41,377 nucleotides of DNA from Pseudobdellovibrionaceae bacterium (lineage in GTDB: Bacteria > Bdellovibrionota > Bdellovibrionia > Bdellovibrionales > Bdellovibrionaceae), in NCBI GenBank assembly GCA_025055135.1, contig JANWYU010000156.1:1-41377 (forward strand), given 5' to 3'. Below the pieces are notes generated by a model that had not been told where the DNA came from, ran no database searches, and saw only the letters and a list, made by a program, of their open reading frames with translations. Both the position numbers and the translations under genes were made by a program. This document shows, piece by piece, positions 23,981 to 32,958 of the stretch. Positions within the stretch are counted from its first letter, which is position 1. Each line of letters begins with the position of its first letter.

Positions 23981-25156
23981 ATGATTTATTCACATTATCT
24001 AAAAAATACGGCGGCGATTTCCCTTTTCAAATTAACCACGCGATATTTGTTGTTCCTACTATGTGGGATTATATCTATTTTGGATACAACAGAGGCGGAA
24101 GAACCCCATGAGTCATGTGCGCAAGTGAGTGAAGATTTTAGTTTTTATTCAGATGAGTTGCGCACACAAATTTTTTTTAAATCGGGTCGCATATTACCTG
24201 CAAGAAATCATGATACCGTCCAAAAGAGAATTGACGTTTTTTATAAAGGAAGTTGGTTATCTGTTACTGACGAGAAGTTTAAATTAGGGAAAAAACATCT
24301 TTGTTTTACTGAAAATAAATGTGCCATAGTACGACAGACGACAGGATTATACAGTCAGGCTGATTTGAAAGCAGCGAAGTTTGGACTAGCGTCTGAGGGA
24401 CAAGAATATCCCATTATTGGGCGTTTCCGATCGGAAAAATTAACCTGGCTTCAGGTTGATTTAGGTGATCAGGTGGGTTGGCTACTTGGACAAAAGGTTC
24501 AGGTGGAAGAACGCAGTTGTGGTGTTTTCAGTGTGGGTAAGGTGGAGTGGAATGTGGAGTTAGAGCTACGGCAGTATCATCGAAAATTCGAATCCCAATA
24601 CGATGAAGCCTTCAAAACAACCTTTAACCAAGATCTGACAACAGCGAATGATCCTTCATATGTTGTTGATTCAATCTCTCTACAACAGGCACAGGCGATA
24701 ATCCATCGCACTAAAGAGCGTCATCGCTTTAGTGCAGGAGTTGGATACATTCAGCGTACCTTTAGGTTAAAAAAATATAGTGATTTTCGCGTGGTTGATA
24801 ATATTCCACCGGATTATTGTGATACTCAGGACCCTACCGTGTCCCAACAAGACTTTCAGGATCAGTTACTGAGTGTGCCGGTTCAATACTCCTACCTTAT
24901 GATTCCTGAACAGAGATATCAATTATGGGTAGGATCTGAAGTTGCTATCCTCTATAACTTTAAACCAGAATACCTCTACGAGTACCACATTCCTTGTAAG
25001 ACCTTTAAAAAAAAGATCGTGATGACGAATCCCCTTGAATGGCATGTGTTAGGTACAGTTTCCTTTGGATACCGCCTGGGCTCTCATTTTGTTGGGCTTA
25101 AATTAGGGCTACTGCACTCTCTTGATATGGTCCTAGGCGTTTTCTATGTTTTTTGA
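23981..25156 (+). CDS. Hypothetical envelope protein: SH3b-like domain plus C-terminal beta-barrel-like region
   Basis: Hydrophobic signal or anchor (YLLFLLCGIISIL). SH3b-like segment (EYPIIGRFRSEKLTWLQVDLGDQVGWLLGQKV). C-terminal ...SFGYRLGSHFVGLKLGL...GVFYVF ends in Phe. The start is uncertain (23912, 23918 or 23981). Confidence 0.5.
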   Translation: MIYSHYLKNTAAISLFKLTTRYLLFLLCGIISILDTTEAEEPHESCAQVSEDFSFYSDELRTQIFFKSGRILPARNHDTVQKRIDVFYKGSWLSVTDEKFKLGKKHLCFTENKCAIVRQTTGLYSQADLKAAKFGLASEGQEYPIIGRFRSEKLTWLQVDLGDQVGWLLGQKVQVEERSCGVFSVGKVEWNVELELRQYHRKFESQYDEAFKTTFNQDLTTANDPSYVVDSISLQQAQAIIHRTKERHRFSAGVGYIQRTFRLKKYSDFRVVDNIPPDYCDTQDPTVSQQDFQDQLLSVPVQYSYLMIPEQRYQLWVGSEVAILYNFKPEYLYEYHIPCKTFKKKIVMTNPLEWHVLGTVSFGYRLGSHFVGLKLGLLHSLDMVLGVFYVF

Positions 25157-25162
25157 ACGCCT

Positions 25163-25891
25163 TCATGGTGCCTCTTTTTTAACGAACCAAACAACTCCCT
25201 CTTGATCTTCCCATTTTCCTCCATTTCGCTTTTTTAAGGGAATTCGCCCCAGCATATGAGTGATTTTTTGTTCTTTGAGATTGAAACGGAAATAGAAGGG
25301 ATTCACAAGTTGGGCTATAATAAAATTAGCAGGTCTCATTTCAATTACAATTATGTCTTTGTCAGCTAAATACGACGGGAAAGGAAATTGATCACTCTTT
25401 TTGAGGGTCATTTTCACTAGCTCCAAACGCTCCCAGGAAGCTATATAAATTGGGATCTTTCCTCCCTCTTTTAACTTCTCAATATTGCTCTGAATAAACT
25501 TTGCTAGTTGAAGGGGAGCAATAGAGTTTTCCTTCCGTGCCTCTGTGGCGGTTTTCTTTTTGTTGTTGGTGGTGTCAGTACGTTCAAACAACACGACGTC
25601 GGGGTTAATATTAACCTTTACGGCAGCACTCAGTTGTTGTTGGTTGATTTCGTAAGTAACAAAACCTTGCTTTTCCGTGTTTAGGAACTCCTTAACAGCC
25701 TCTTTTCCTTCATGGTCATAATAGGTAGTTTTCAAGTGGCCAAGGGTATCATCTTGAAATCTAGAATAGTAACCAATTACAGTGTTATGTTGCTTATCAT
25801 ATATAGGGAATTTTTCATCAGAAGAGGCAAGCACCTTATTTTGAAGAAAAGAAAAAGCAAATAAAATTAAAGGTAACCGTTTCATATTCAT
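25163..25891 (-). CDS. Hypothetical secreted protein
   Basis: Clear signal peptide MNMKRLPLILFAFSFLQNKVLA. I recognise no family. Confidence 0.6.
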   Translation of the reverse strand: MNMKRLPLILFAFSFLQNKVLASSDEKFPIYDKQHNTVIGYYSRFQDDTLGHLKTTYYDHEGKEAVKEFLNTEKQGFVTYEINQQQLSAAVKVNINPDVVLFERTDTTNNKKKTATEARKENSIAPLQLAKFIQSNIEKLKEGGKIPIYIASWERLELVKMTLKKSDQFPFPSYLADKDIIVIEMRPANFIIAQLVNPFYFRFNLKEQKITHMLGRIPLKKRNGGKWEDQEGVVWFVKKEAP

Positions 25892-26051
25892 AACTTCTAA
25901 ATGTTTCTAACAAAAAACAAAAAATTATTGTTTTAAAATCCAGCCTTAACTTAGTGTGAAGTGGGACAAAGATCAAGACCAAAGTAGATTCCTTTTGAAT
26001 CATGTGTTAATTCATTTGAGTTTCATCAAAATTTGATTAGGCTTAAAACAG

Positions 26052-26864
26052 ATGAATATGAAAAAGAAGATCGCTTTGTTTGTTTTCTCAACATTATTTC
26101 CTTTTTTAAGCCACTCTCAGATCATGGGAGAGGAATTGGTACCTCAAAAACCCGATATTAATGGAGTTGTGGTGCTTCCGGATGGAAGGAGATGTCGCGC
26201 AGTAGTTGAAATGAATCAGGATGGTCAGGAAGTAACTCGCTTGATTGAATGTGAGGGCTATTCGCCAAAATCGAAAGCCAATAGATCAGACAAGTTTAAT
26301 TTAGATGACGGCAATCCTCATTATAACTTTAAAATAGGGGTTCTTCTTGATCCTCGGGCTGGATTTAATATGGTTATGGTGGGTAACAACATCACCAAGG
26401 CCGATATGGCCTTTAATGAAACTCTAAGCTTCGAGCTTGAATATGGATATTTCAACAAATATGCGTGGAATTTTATTGTAGGAGCAGGTTTTGATCTAGC
26501 CAAGAAAGCAAAAGAAACTGTTTATAATTTTGGACAAGTGAATCCCCAGCCCATTATGAACTATACTACTATTAACATTTACTTAAATCTTTACCGCGCA
26601 CTTGAGTACTTTTATTTTATGCTCGGTCTTGGATATTTTATACCTCAAGCCAATTTTGATGAGGCAAAATCTTCCAATGCTCGAGGTGATTTTGGCTATC
26701 GATTAGAATTAGGGCACCATTTTCACAATTCATGGAGCATTTACTTGGGATATCGTTGGCATAATTTCGAGGCTGATGCTATTGCGTTAAACAACAACAA
26801 CTTTAACTATAGAAAAGGTTTCTATTCTGATTATCAGCTAGGGTTTCGCTACTTTTTCCGGTAG
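26052..26864 (+). CDS. Hypothetical outer-membrane beta-barrel protein (OmpA/OmpW-like barrel pattern)
   Basis: Signal peptide MNMKKKIALFVFSTLFPFLSHSQ. Repeated aromatic-rich amphipathic strands (FGYRLELGHHF, WSIYLGYRWHNF). C-terminal YQLGFRYFFR. Confidence 0.6.
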   Translation: MNMKKKIALFVFSTLFPFLSHSQIMGEELVPQKPDINGVVVLPDGRRCRAVVEMNQDGQEVTRLIECEGYSPKSKANRSDKFNLDDGNPHYNFKIGVLLDPRAGFNMVMVGNNITKADMAFNETLSFELEYGYFNKYAWNFIVGAGFDLAKKAKETVYNFGQVNPQPIMNYTTINIYLNLYRALEYFYFMLGLGYFIPQANFDEAKSSNARGDFGYRLELGHHFHNSWSIYLGYRWHNFEADAIALNNNNFNYRKGFYSDYQLGFRYFFR

Positions 26865-26964
26865 GGGTTGTAATTGGTTGCCTCTTCAGTTGATCCATTG
26901 ATCTAGAGGCTTACCCATCAATAAAATAGATGAAATGAACATTTTGCTGTTTAACTATCTCTAA

Positions 26965-29900
26965 CTATTTCATATCTTTGGGCTGGCCATTGAACGCATT
27001 TTTTTCAACCAACCTTCTTAAATCAAGTAACTCTTCATAAACCCTTTGCCAAGTAACCTCATTAATTCGTATGGAAAAGCGATTGGGAGGCAAGATTTGA
27101 TATTTCTTATTAGGGCTAGATGCTAATTGAATGGCAAGTTGGGGTGACAATGGAGGATGATCCATTAAAGTGAGAATAATATTTTTGCTACCTTGATTTA
27201 GTTCATAGGCTCCCAAATCTTCTGCTACATTGCGAATTAAAGAGATACCCAATAAATTGGTGACCACTTCAGGCAACGGTCCAAAACGATCTGAAATTTC
27301 TTTTTGAATCCGATGGGTATCATCTTCATTTTGCACAAGGGAGATGGCTTTATAGTAACTTAATCTAATCCGAATATCAGGCATAAATTCCGATGGAATA
27401 AAAGCAGGAATTCGTAAATTGACTTCGCAGTCAATTTTGTTACTTAACGGCTGATTTTTGATGGATTCAATAGCCTGTTTTAGCAAATCCATATACATTT
27501 CGTAGCCTACTGCGGCGATATGACCACTTTGATCTTCTCCTAAGATGCTACCTGCCCCTCGTAGTTCTAAATCATATTGGGCTATTTTCAGTCCTGATCC
27601 TAAGGCAGTATGTTCTTGAATGACTTTGAGCTTTTCTTCAACAATAGGGGTTAAATGATGAGGCTCTGGCATTATCAGGTAACAGTAGGCTCTCTGTTGA
27701 GAGCGGCCTACTCTACCCCTTATTTGATATATTTGGGATAGCCCCAATAAGTGGGGTGCATGAATAAACAGGGTATTGGCACGTGGATTGTCCATCCCTG
27801 ATTCGATGATGGCAGTAGAAACTAAAACGTCGAATCTGTGATTAAAAAAATCATACATCACCTGTTCTAGTTCCATTTCGTCAAATCGACCATGGGCCAT
27901 TTTTATTCGAACATGGCTGGGCAAAATGTTGCGTAAGCGGTTGGTCAGCTCGGGCAGGTCCTCGATGCGATTGTGAACAAAAAGAACCTGTCCTCCCCGC
28001 TCCAACTCTTGCTGAACAGCCCTTACAATGAGAGAGGAGTCCCATTTAATTAAAAACGTTCGGATGGGATGTCGATTGTCGGGTGCTGTGCTAATTAGGC
28101 TAATATCCCGAATCCCTAAAAGACTGAGATTTAACGTACGAGGAATTGGCGTTGCAGACATGGTCAGAATATCGATATTTGTTTTTAATTTTTTGAATTT
28201 TTCTTTATGTTTCACACCAAATTTTTGTTCCTCATCAATAATTAGGAGTCCCAAATTTTTAAATTGCACATCAGAGCTTAGCAAGCGGTGGGTTCCGATA
28301 ATGATATGGGCCGAGCCATCGCGGATCATTTGCAGATTGTTTCTCAACTCATCAGACGAGAGGAATCGGTCCAATCGGACTATGGTTACTGGAAAATTTT
28401 TAAAGCGTCGTTTGAAATTTTCAAAATGCTGGTAACTTAAAATAGTAGTCGGACATATTAATGCCACCTGTTTTCCGTTACTAGCTACAGCAAATGCTGC
28501 TCTCATAGCAACCTCAGTTTTGCCAAAGCCAACATCGCCGCAAATCAGTCGATCCATGGGACGGCTTGATTGTAAATCTTGATAGATTTGCTCGATGGCT
28601 TTTAACTGATCGGGAGTCTCTGAGTATGGAAACTCGTCAGAAAAGGCTTCAATTGCCGAATTTTCCAATATATAAGGAGCCCGTTTCGTCATCGATCTTT
28701 GAGCATAAATGGTGATTAACTCTGCAGCCATGTCCTTTAAGCGAGCGGAAACTTTGTCTTTGGTTTTTTGCCAAGACGAACTCCCCAATTTATCAAGGGT
28801 AACGAAATCACTTGGTCCGGAATATTTTTCAATTAGATTAATTTTAGTAACAGGCAGATATAGTCGATCATTATCTTTGTAACGAATCTGAAAAAACTCT
28901 TCCGTATATCCATGAAGGGATAAATACTTCAGCTCTTCAAATACCCCGATCCCATGGACCTTATGCACTAAAAGGTCTCCCGGGGTCAATTCGGAAAAGC
29001 TAAAAATCTTGGTTTTGTTGGCAATTTCCTGGGCAGCTTGAACCGATGTTGATTGGTAATTGCTTGTTTTTTTTCCTAAAATTAAATGATCTGAAAGGAA
29101 CACTAGTTTTTCAATATTTAATACAAAGCTGTGTGGTAACTCTCCCAAAACCAAATAAATTTTAGAATTTGGAATCGTTTCCATTATGGCGTTCTGTGGT
29201 ATTCTGGTAACAGATTCAAATATTGGGCTAAGAAGCATTGCCAATCGGGATAGGATCAGTTCGCTTTTACCAAAAATGATAATGCTAAAATGGTTGTTAA
29301 GCCATCCATTGAATCGGGACTGCAGTTCATACCTCCAACGCTCCGATTTGACGTCGGCAAAACTTAAAGGAAAAGAAAAAAGAGATTTTATTTCTGATAC
29401 CCAGACTCGGTGATGTTCCAACTCATTAAAAGACACTTGCGGTAAAACCGACTCAAAATAAATGGGAGGTGCAAAAAATTCGAGGGGAGCTTGGGATGGC
29501 GTCAGGAAAAACATTTTATAATCGCCGTTTTCCCGGTCGATTGATGAGAAAATCTTTTGCAGCTCCTGATCTGAACGGGATCTATGAAAGAAACAAATGT
29601 CAATGTCACTGGGTAGATAATCGAATGCTGAGGCTGGTGTTTGGTGCATTAGTCCAGCAAGAAAGTGTCCTTCGGGAAAAGGTACTTTTCGTTGAAGAAA
29701 GCTGAGTATTTCATGTTGGGATAAAGAAAAGAAGGTGGCGGGTAAAAGACGGATTTGCCTTAATGTGTGATCACTAATCTCATCTGGGTTGATGACTTCA
29801 GAGCATGGTGTAATGAGTGCTGCATTAATGGTCTCATCTGCTGACGTTTGGCTTTCAATGTCTATGATTCGCATGGAAACCACTTCGTTTCCAAAAAGCT

Positions 29901-30471
29901 CAATACGGATCGGTCGCGTCAGGCTTGGTGTTGCAATATCGATAAGATGCCCACGCCAGTTCATCTGACCAATGCGTTCTACGATAGGGGCCTCTTGGTA
30001 ACCAATCCGTTTTAAGTGTTCTTTTAAAGAGGTTTCAATTCTGGAGCCAATGGTAACTGAAATACAGCAATCACGAAAAATTTTTACGGGACAGGTTAAT
30101 TGAAGAAGGCCGCTCCAAGTGGCTAGAAAGATGGTCGATTGAGGTTTGAAGAGTGCCGTCGTGAAAAAAGTTAACCTTTGATGGAGTAGCGAAACAGAAG
30201 GTGACAGGTGTGACCCGGGTAAAACGTCCCATTCCGGCAATAGAACAATGGTTTGATTGGGATTGAAGAACAGAAGGGCCTGACGAAGATGTTGCATAGC
30301 TTCTTCGTCGGGAACAATGATCAGAAGAGGGTTGGATGGATGCTCCTTTAAGGCTCGGCTAATCCAGAAGGCAAGAGGTGTAGTGATGGTCAATCCATCG
30401 AAGTAAAGAGGGTGTGTCCTGTGGTTGAAGATGACATGAGCTGGCGAGAGTGGGTTCTTAAGATCACTCAT
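26965..30471 (-). CDS. mfd: Transcription-repair coupling factor Mfd
   Basis: 1168 aa with the CarD/TRCF RNAP-interaction region (GDLLVHKVHGIGVF), SF2 helicase motifs GDVGFGKTEVA and DEEQKFG, and a TRG-type C-terminus. Confidence 0.96.
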   Translation of the reverse strand: MSDLKNPLSPAHVIFNHRTHPLYFDGLTITTPLAFWISRALKEHPSNPLLIIVPDEEAMQHLRQALLFFNPNQTIVLLPEWDVLPGSHLSPSVSLLHQRLTFFTTALFKPQSTIFLATWSGLLQLTCPVKIFRDCCISVTIGSRIETSLKEHLKRIGYQEAPIVERIGQMNWRGHLIDIATPSLTRPIRIELFGNEVVSMRIIDIESQTSADETINAALITPCSEVINPDEISDHTLRQIRLLPATFFSLSQHEILSFLQRKVPFPEGHFLAGLMHQTPASAFDYLPSDIDICFFHRSRSDQELQKIFSSIDRENGDYKMFFLTPSQAPLEFFAPPIYFESVLPQVSFNELEHHRVWVSEIKSLFSFPLSFADVKSERWRYELQSRFNGWLNNHFSIIIFGKSELILSRLAMLLSPIFESVTRIPQNAIMETIPNSKIYLVLGELPHSFVLNIEKLVFLSDHLILGKKTSNYQSTSVQAAQEIANKTKIFSFSELTPGDLLVHKVHGIGVFEELKYLSLHGYTEEFFQIRYKDNDRLYLPVTKINLIEKYSGPSDFVTLDKLGSSSWQKTKDKVSARLKDMAAELITIYAQRSMTKRAPYILENSAIEAFSDEFPYSETPDQLKAIEQIYQDLQSSRPMDRLICGDVGFGKTEVAMRAAFAVASNGKQVALICPTTILSYQHFENFKRRFKNFPVTIVRLDRFLSSDELRNNLQMIRDGSAHIIIGTHRLLSSDVQFKNLGLLIIDEEQKFGVKHKEKFKKLKTNIDILTMSATPIPRTLNLSLLGIRDISLISTAPDNRHPIRTFLIKWDSSLIVRAVQQELERGGQVLFVHNRIEDLPELTNRLRNILPSHVRIKMAHGRFDEMELEQVMYDFFNHRFDVLVSTAIIESGMDNPRANTLFIHAPHLLGLSQIYQIRGRVGRSQQRAYCYLIMPEPHHLTPIVEEKLKVIQEHTALGSGLKIAQYDLELRGAGSILGEDQSGHIAAVGYEMYMDLLKQAIESIKNQPLSNKIDCEVNLRIPAFIPSEFMPDIRIRLSYYKAISLVQNEDDTHRIQKEISDRFGPLPEVVTNLLGISLIRNVAEDLGAYELNQGSKNIILTLMDHPPLSPQLAIQLASSPNKKYQILPPNRFSIRINEVTWQRVYEELLDLRRLVEKNAFNGQPKDMK

Positions 30472-30569
30472 GATTTGATTTACTGTTTAAGGCTCATTAG
30501 TATTTGGAGGAATAGCACCATATCGTTATAAACGGTTAGGAGTTTTTGACAAGAAATTTTAGGAGATTT

Positions 30570-30935
30570 ATGCCGTTGCCCTCGGTCTTTTTTTTAGCAG
30601 GATTTGTGACTTTGTTTGGGTTTTTGTTACTTTTTGTTGCCTCAAAAATAGGGGAAGTTGTTCGAGATCGAGTGAAGTCAGAAACCTATGAATGTGGTCT
30701 GCCCGTTGAAGAAAAAGTTGATACGAAGATTTCCATTAAATTTTACTTAACGGCAATTTTGTTTATTATTTTTGATATTGAAATTATTTTTCTTTATCCT
30801 TGGGCAGTTTCTTTAAAAGAGTTTTTAGCGCAAGGATTGGGATGGTACTCGTTGATTGGGGTAGGTATCTTTTTGCTGATATTCATTTTTGGACTTTGGT
30901 GGGAAATTAAATCGAAGGCACTTGATTGGGAGTAA
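30570..30935 (+). CDS. nuoA: NADH-quinone oxidoreductase subunit A
   Basis: YECG...FYL.AILFIIFDIEIIFLYPWA motif. The ATG at 30570 has AGGAG 5 nt upstream. Confidence 0.9.
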   Translation: MPLPSVFFLAGFVTLFGFLLLFVASKIGEVVRDRVKSETYECGLPVEEKVDTKISIKFYLTAILFIIFDIEIIFLYPWAVSLKEFLAQGLGWYSLIGVGIFLLIFIFGLWWEIKSKALDWE

Positions 30936-30936
30936 A

Positions 30937-32091
30937 ATGGGAGCGGATTTTTTAGAGGTTAGTCTTAACGCCTTAAAACTCATCTTTTTCTTTTTAATGA
31001 TGGTTCAGATGGTGCCTTTACTGGTTTGGCTGGAGCGACGGGGAGCTGGTTTCATTCAAGATAGATTGGGTCCTAACCGAGTGGGTCCTTTTGGATTGAC
31101 TCAGTTACTGGCTGATGCCGTGAAGTTTTTAATGAAAGAAGAGTTTATCCCTCAAAAGGCAGTGAAGTTTCTTTTTTATGGCGCCCCGATCTTTGCCTTA
31201 ATTCCAGCTAGCCTTGCCCTTTGTGCTATCCCGTTTGGTCCCAAATTTGAGATACCTGCCTTTAGTTTTTGGGGCAGGCATTGGGGTCCATATGAGTTCA
31301 TTTTGCAAGGGTATGAAGTTGGGGTGGGTATCGTTTTTATTTTAGCGGCGGCTTCTTTGGCGGTTTATTCCATTTTAATGGCGGGGTGGGGATCTGGTAA
31401 CAAATATAGTCTTTTAGGGGCGATTCGGGCTAGCTCTCAGATTATTAGTTATGAATTGGCTTTGGGTTTGACTATTGTGGCTGTGGTCTTAATTTATGGC
31501 ACCTTTAGCTTAAACGAAATGGTTACCCTTCAAAGGGGACCATTGAGTTTTGAATTTTTTGGGAAAATGGTAACCATCGACTTTTTACCCAATTGGGGGA
31601 TCTTTTATCAGCCAATTGGAGCATTTTTGTTTTTGGCAGCAAGTTTTGCCGAGAGTAATCGCTTACCATTTGACTTGCCTGAAGGTGAGGCTGAGTTAGT
31701 TGCAGGGTTTCACACCGAATATGGTGGTTTCAAAATGAATTTATTTTTTATTGGAGAGTATGGTCATATGATTGTGGCCTCGGCTTTGTTAATAACCTTT
31801 TATTTTGGAGGATATGAATTACCTTTTTTAACCTCTCAAGAGCTGTTAGCAATATACCAAGAGGCCTTTGGTGTGGGGCTAACATCGTCTCTCCTCAATG
31901 CATTAACTCACTTTGCCGTCTTCATGTTTAAAATCTTTATTGTGCTATGGATTTTCATTCATGTTCGTTGGACGTTACCACGCTTTCGTTATGATCAGCT
32001 TATGGAATTGGGTTGGAAGACCATGTTGCCGTGGGCATTGGGGAATTTATTGCTGACGGCTTTAATTTACGTAGCATCGAAAACCTATTGA
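30937..32091 (+). CDS. nuoH: NADH-quinone oxidoreductase subunit H
   Basis: WLERRGAGFIQDRLGPNRVGPFGLTQLLADAVKFLMKE is the NuoH/ND1 signature. The ATG lies 1 nt after the nuoA stop. Confidence 0.95.
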   Translation: MGADFLEVSLNALKLIFFFLMMVQMVPLLVWLERRGAGFIQDRLGPNRVGPFGLTQLLADAVKFLMKEEFIPQKAVKFLFYGAPIFALIPASLALCAIPFGPKFEIPAFSFWGRHWGPYEFILQGYEVGVGIVFILAAASLAVYSILMAGWGSGNKYSLLGAIRASSQIISYELALGLTIVAVVLIYGTFSLNEMVTLQRGPLSFEFFGKMVTIDFLPNWGIFYQPIGAFLFLAASFAESNRLPFDLPEGEAELVAGFHTEYGGFKMNLFFIGEYGHMIVASALLITFYFGGYELPFLTSQELLAIYQEAFGVGLTSSLLNALTHFAVFMFKIFIVLWIFIHVRWTLPRFRYDQLMELGWKTMLPWALGNLLLTALIYVASKTY

Positions 32092-32092
32092 T

Positions 32093-32641
32093 TTGTTGGA
32101 GGATGACCTAGTGGTTGAAGCATTATTATTTTGGTTTTTAGCTTTGGTAACATTATTTGGTGCAGTTGCCATGTTACTTGTTCCCAATCCCATTTATGCG
32201 GCCATGTCCCTTGTTGTTTCCATGATTGGAATTTCTGGTTTATTTGCTTTTTTGGGGGCGGACTTTATCGCAGGGGTGCAAGTTATTGTATATGCTGGCG
32301 CTGTGTTAGTTTTATTTGTTATGGTGTTGATGCTTTTTGATTTAAAAAGTGAAACCCAAGCCTTTTCCAAAGGGTTGTTATCTCGCATTTTTAAGGTAGC
32401 ATCGGTGGGATTTCTTCTGGGTGGGCTGATAGGGGTAATGGTGCTTGAGTTTTCGTGGATTTTGCCCGTTTTTATGCAGAGCTCCCCTCAGTGGACCATG
32501 ACAGGGGTTAAAAAAATGGCACAACTGTTATTTACTGAATATATGTTTATTTTTCAAATTTTAGGTGTGTTACTTTTAGTTGTTGCTGTAGGAGCCGTTG
32601 CGTTGGCGCGGTCTCGAGGGGGCACCCATGAAAGGGCTTGA
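32093..32641 (+). CDS. nuoJ: NADH-quinone oxidoreductase subunit J
   Basis: NuoJ/ND6-like N-terminal TM helices ([50 protein letters not shown]). An alternative GTG start at 32111 has GGAGGA upstream. Confidence 0.9.
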   Translation: MLEDDLVVEALLFWFLALVTLFGAVAMLLVPNPIYAAMSLVVSMIGISGLFAFLGADFIAGVQVIVYAGAVLVLFVMVLMLFDLKSETQAFSKGLLSRIFKVASVGFLLGGLIGVMVLEFSWILPVFMQSSPQWTMTGVKKMAQLLFTEYMFIFQILGVLLLVVAVGAVALARSRGGTHERA

Positions 32642-32954
32642 GCTTTTCACCACTGTGACATATGCCCATTTTTTATTTTTGTCTTTTGTTTTGTTTGCTC
32701 TTGGAGTTTTGGGAGTGTTGTTGAGACGAAATCTTATTGTGGTAATGATGTCTGTAGAATTGATGTTGAACGCCGTTAATTTGACGTTTATTACGTTTGC
32801 CAAAGCACTGAATCAGTTGGATGGACAAATTTTTGTTTTCTTTGTTATGACCATCGCCGCAGCCGAGGCAGCTGTAGGATTAGCGATCGTGGTTGCAATT
32901 TTTAAGCGATTCAGGGAAGTGAATATTCGGTTCTTCCAGTTCCTAAAAGGGTAA
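32628..32954 (+). CDS. nuoK: NADH-quinone oxidoreductase subunit K
   Basis: 108 aa with 3 TM helices and the two conserved membrane Glu residues ([23 protein letters not shown]). The ATG at 32628 overlaps the nuoJ end. Confidence 0.92.
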   Translation: MKGLELFTTVTYAHFLFLSFVLFALGVLGVLLRRNLIVVMMSVELMLNAVNLTFITFAKALNQLDGQIFVFFVMTIAAAEAAVGLAIVVAIFKRFREVNIRFFQFLKG

Positions 32955-32958
32955 CAGT

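Noticed and set aside
25880-26063. The divergent genes at 25891 (minus) and 26052 (plus) both start with ATGAATATGAAA (MNMK), suggesting an inverted duplication.
   Set aside because: Identity stops after 12 nt. The remaining signal peptides and mature proteins are unrelated by eye. This is most likely a coincidence of Lys/Asn-rich signal-peptide n-regions.
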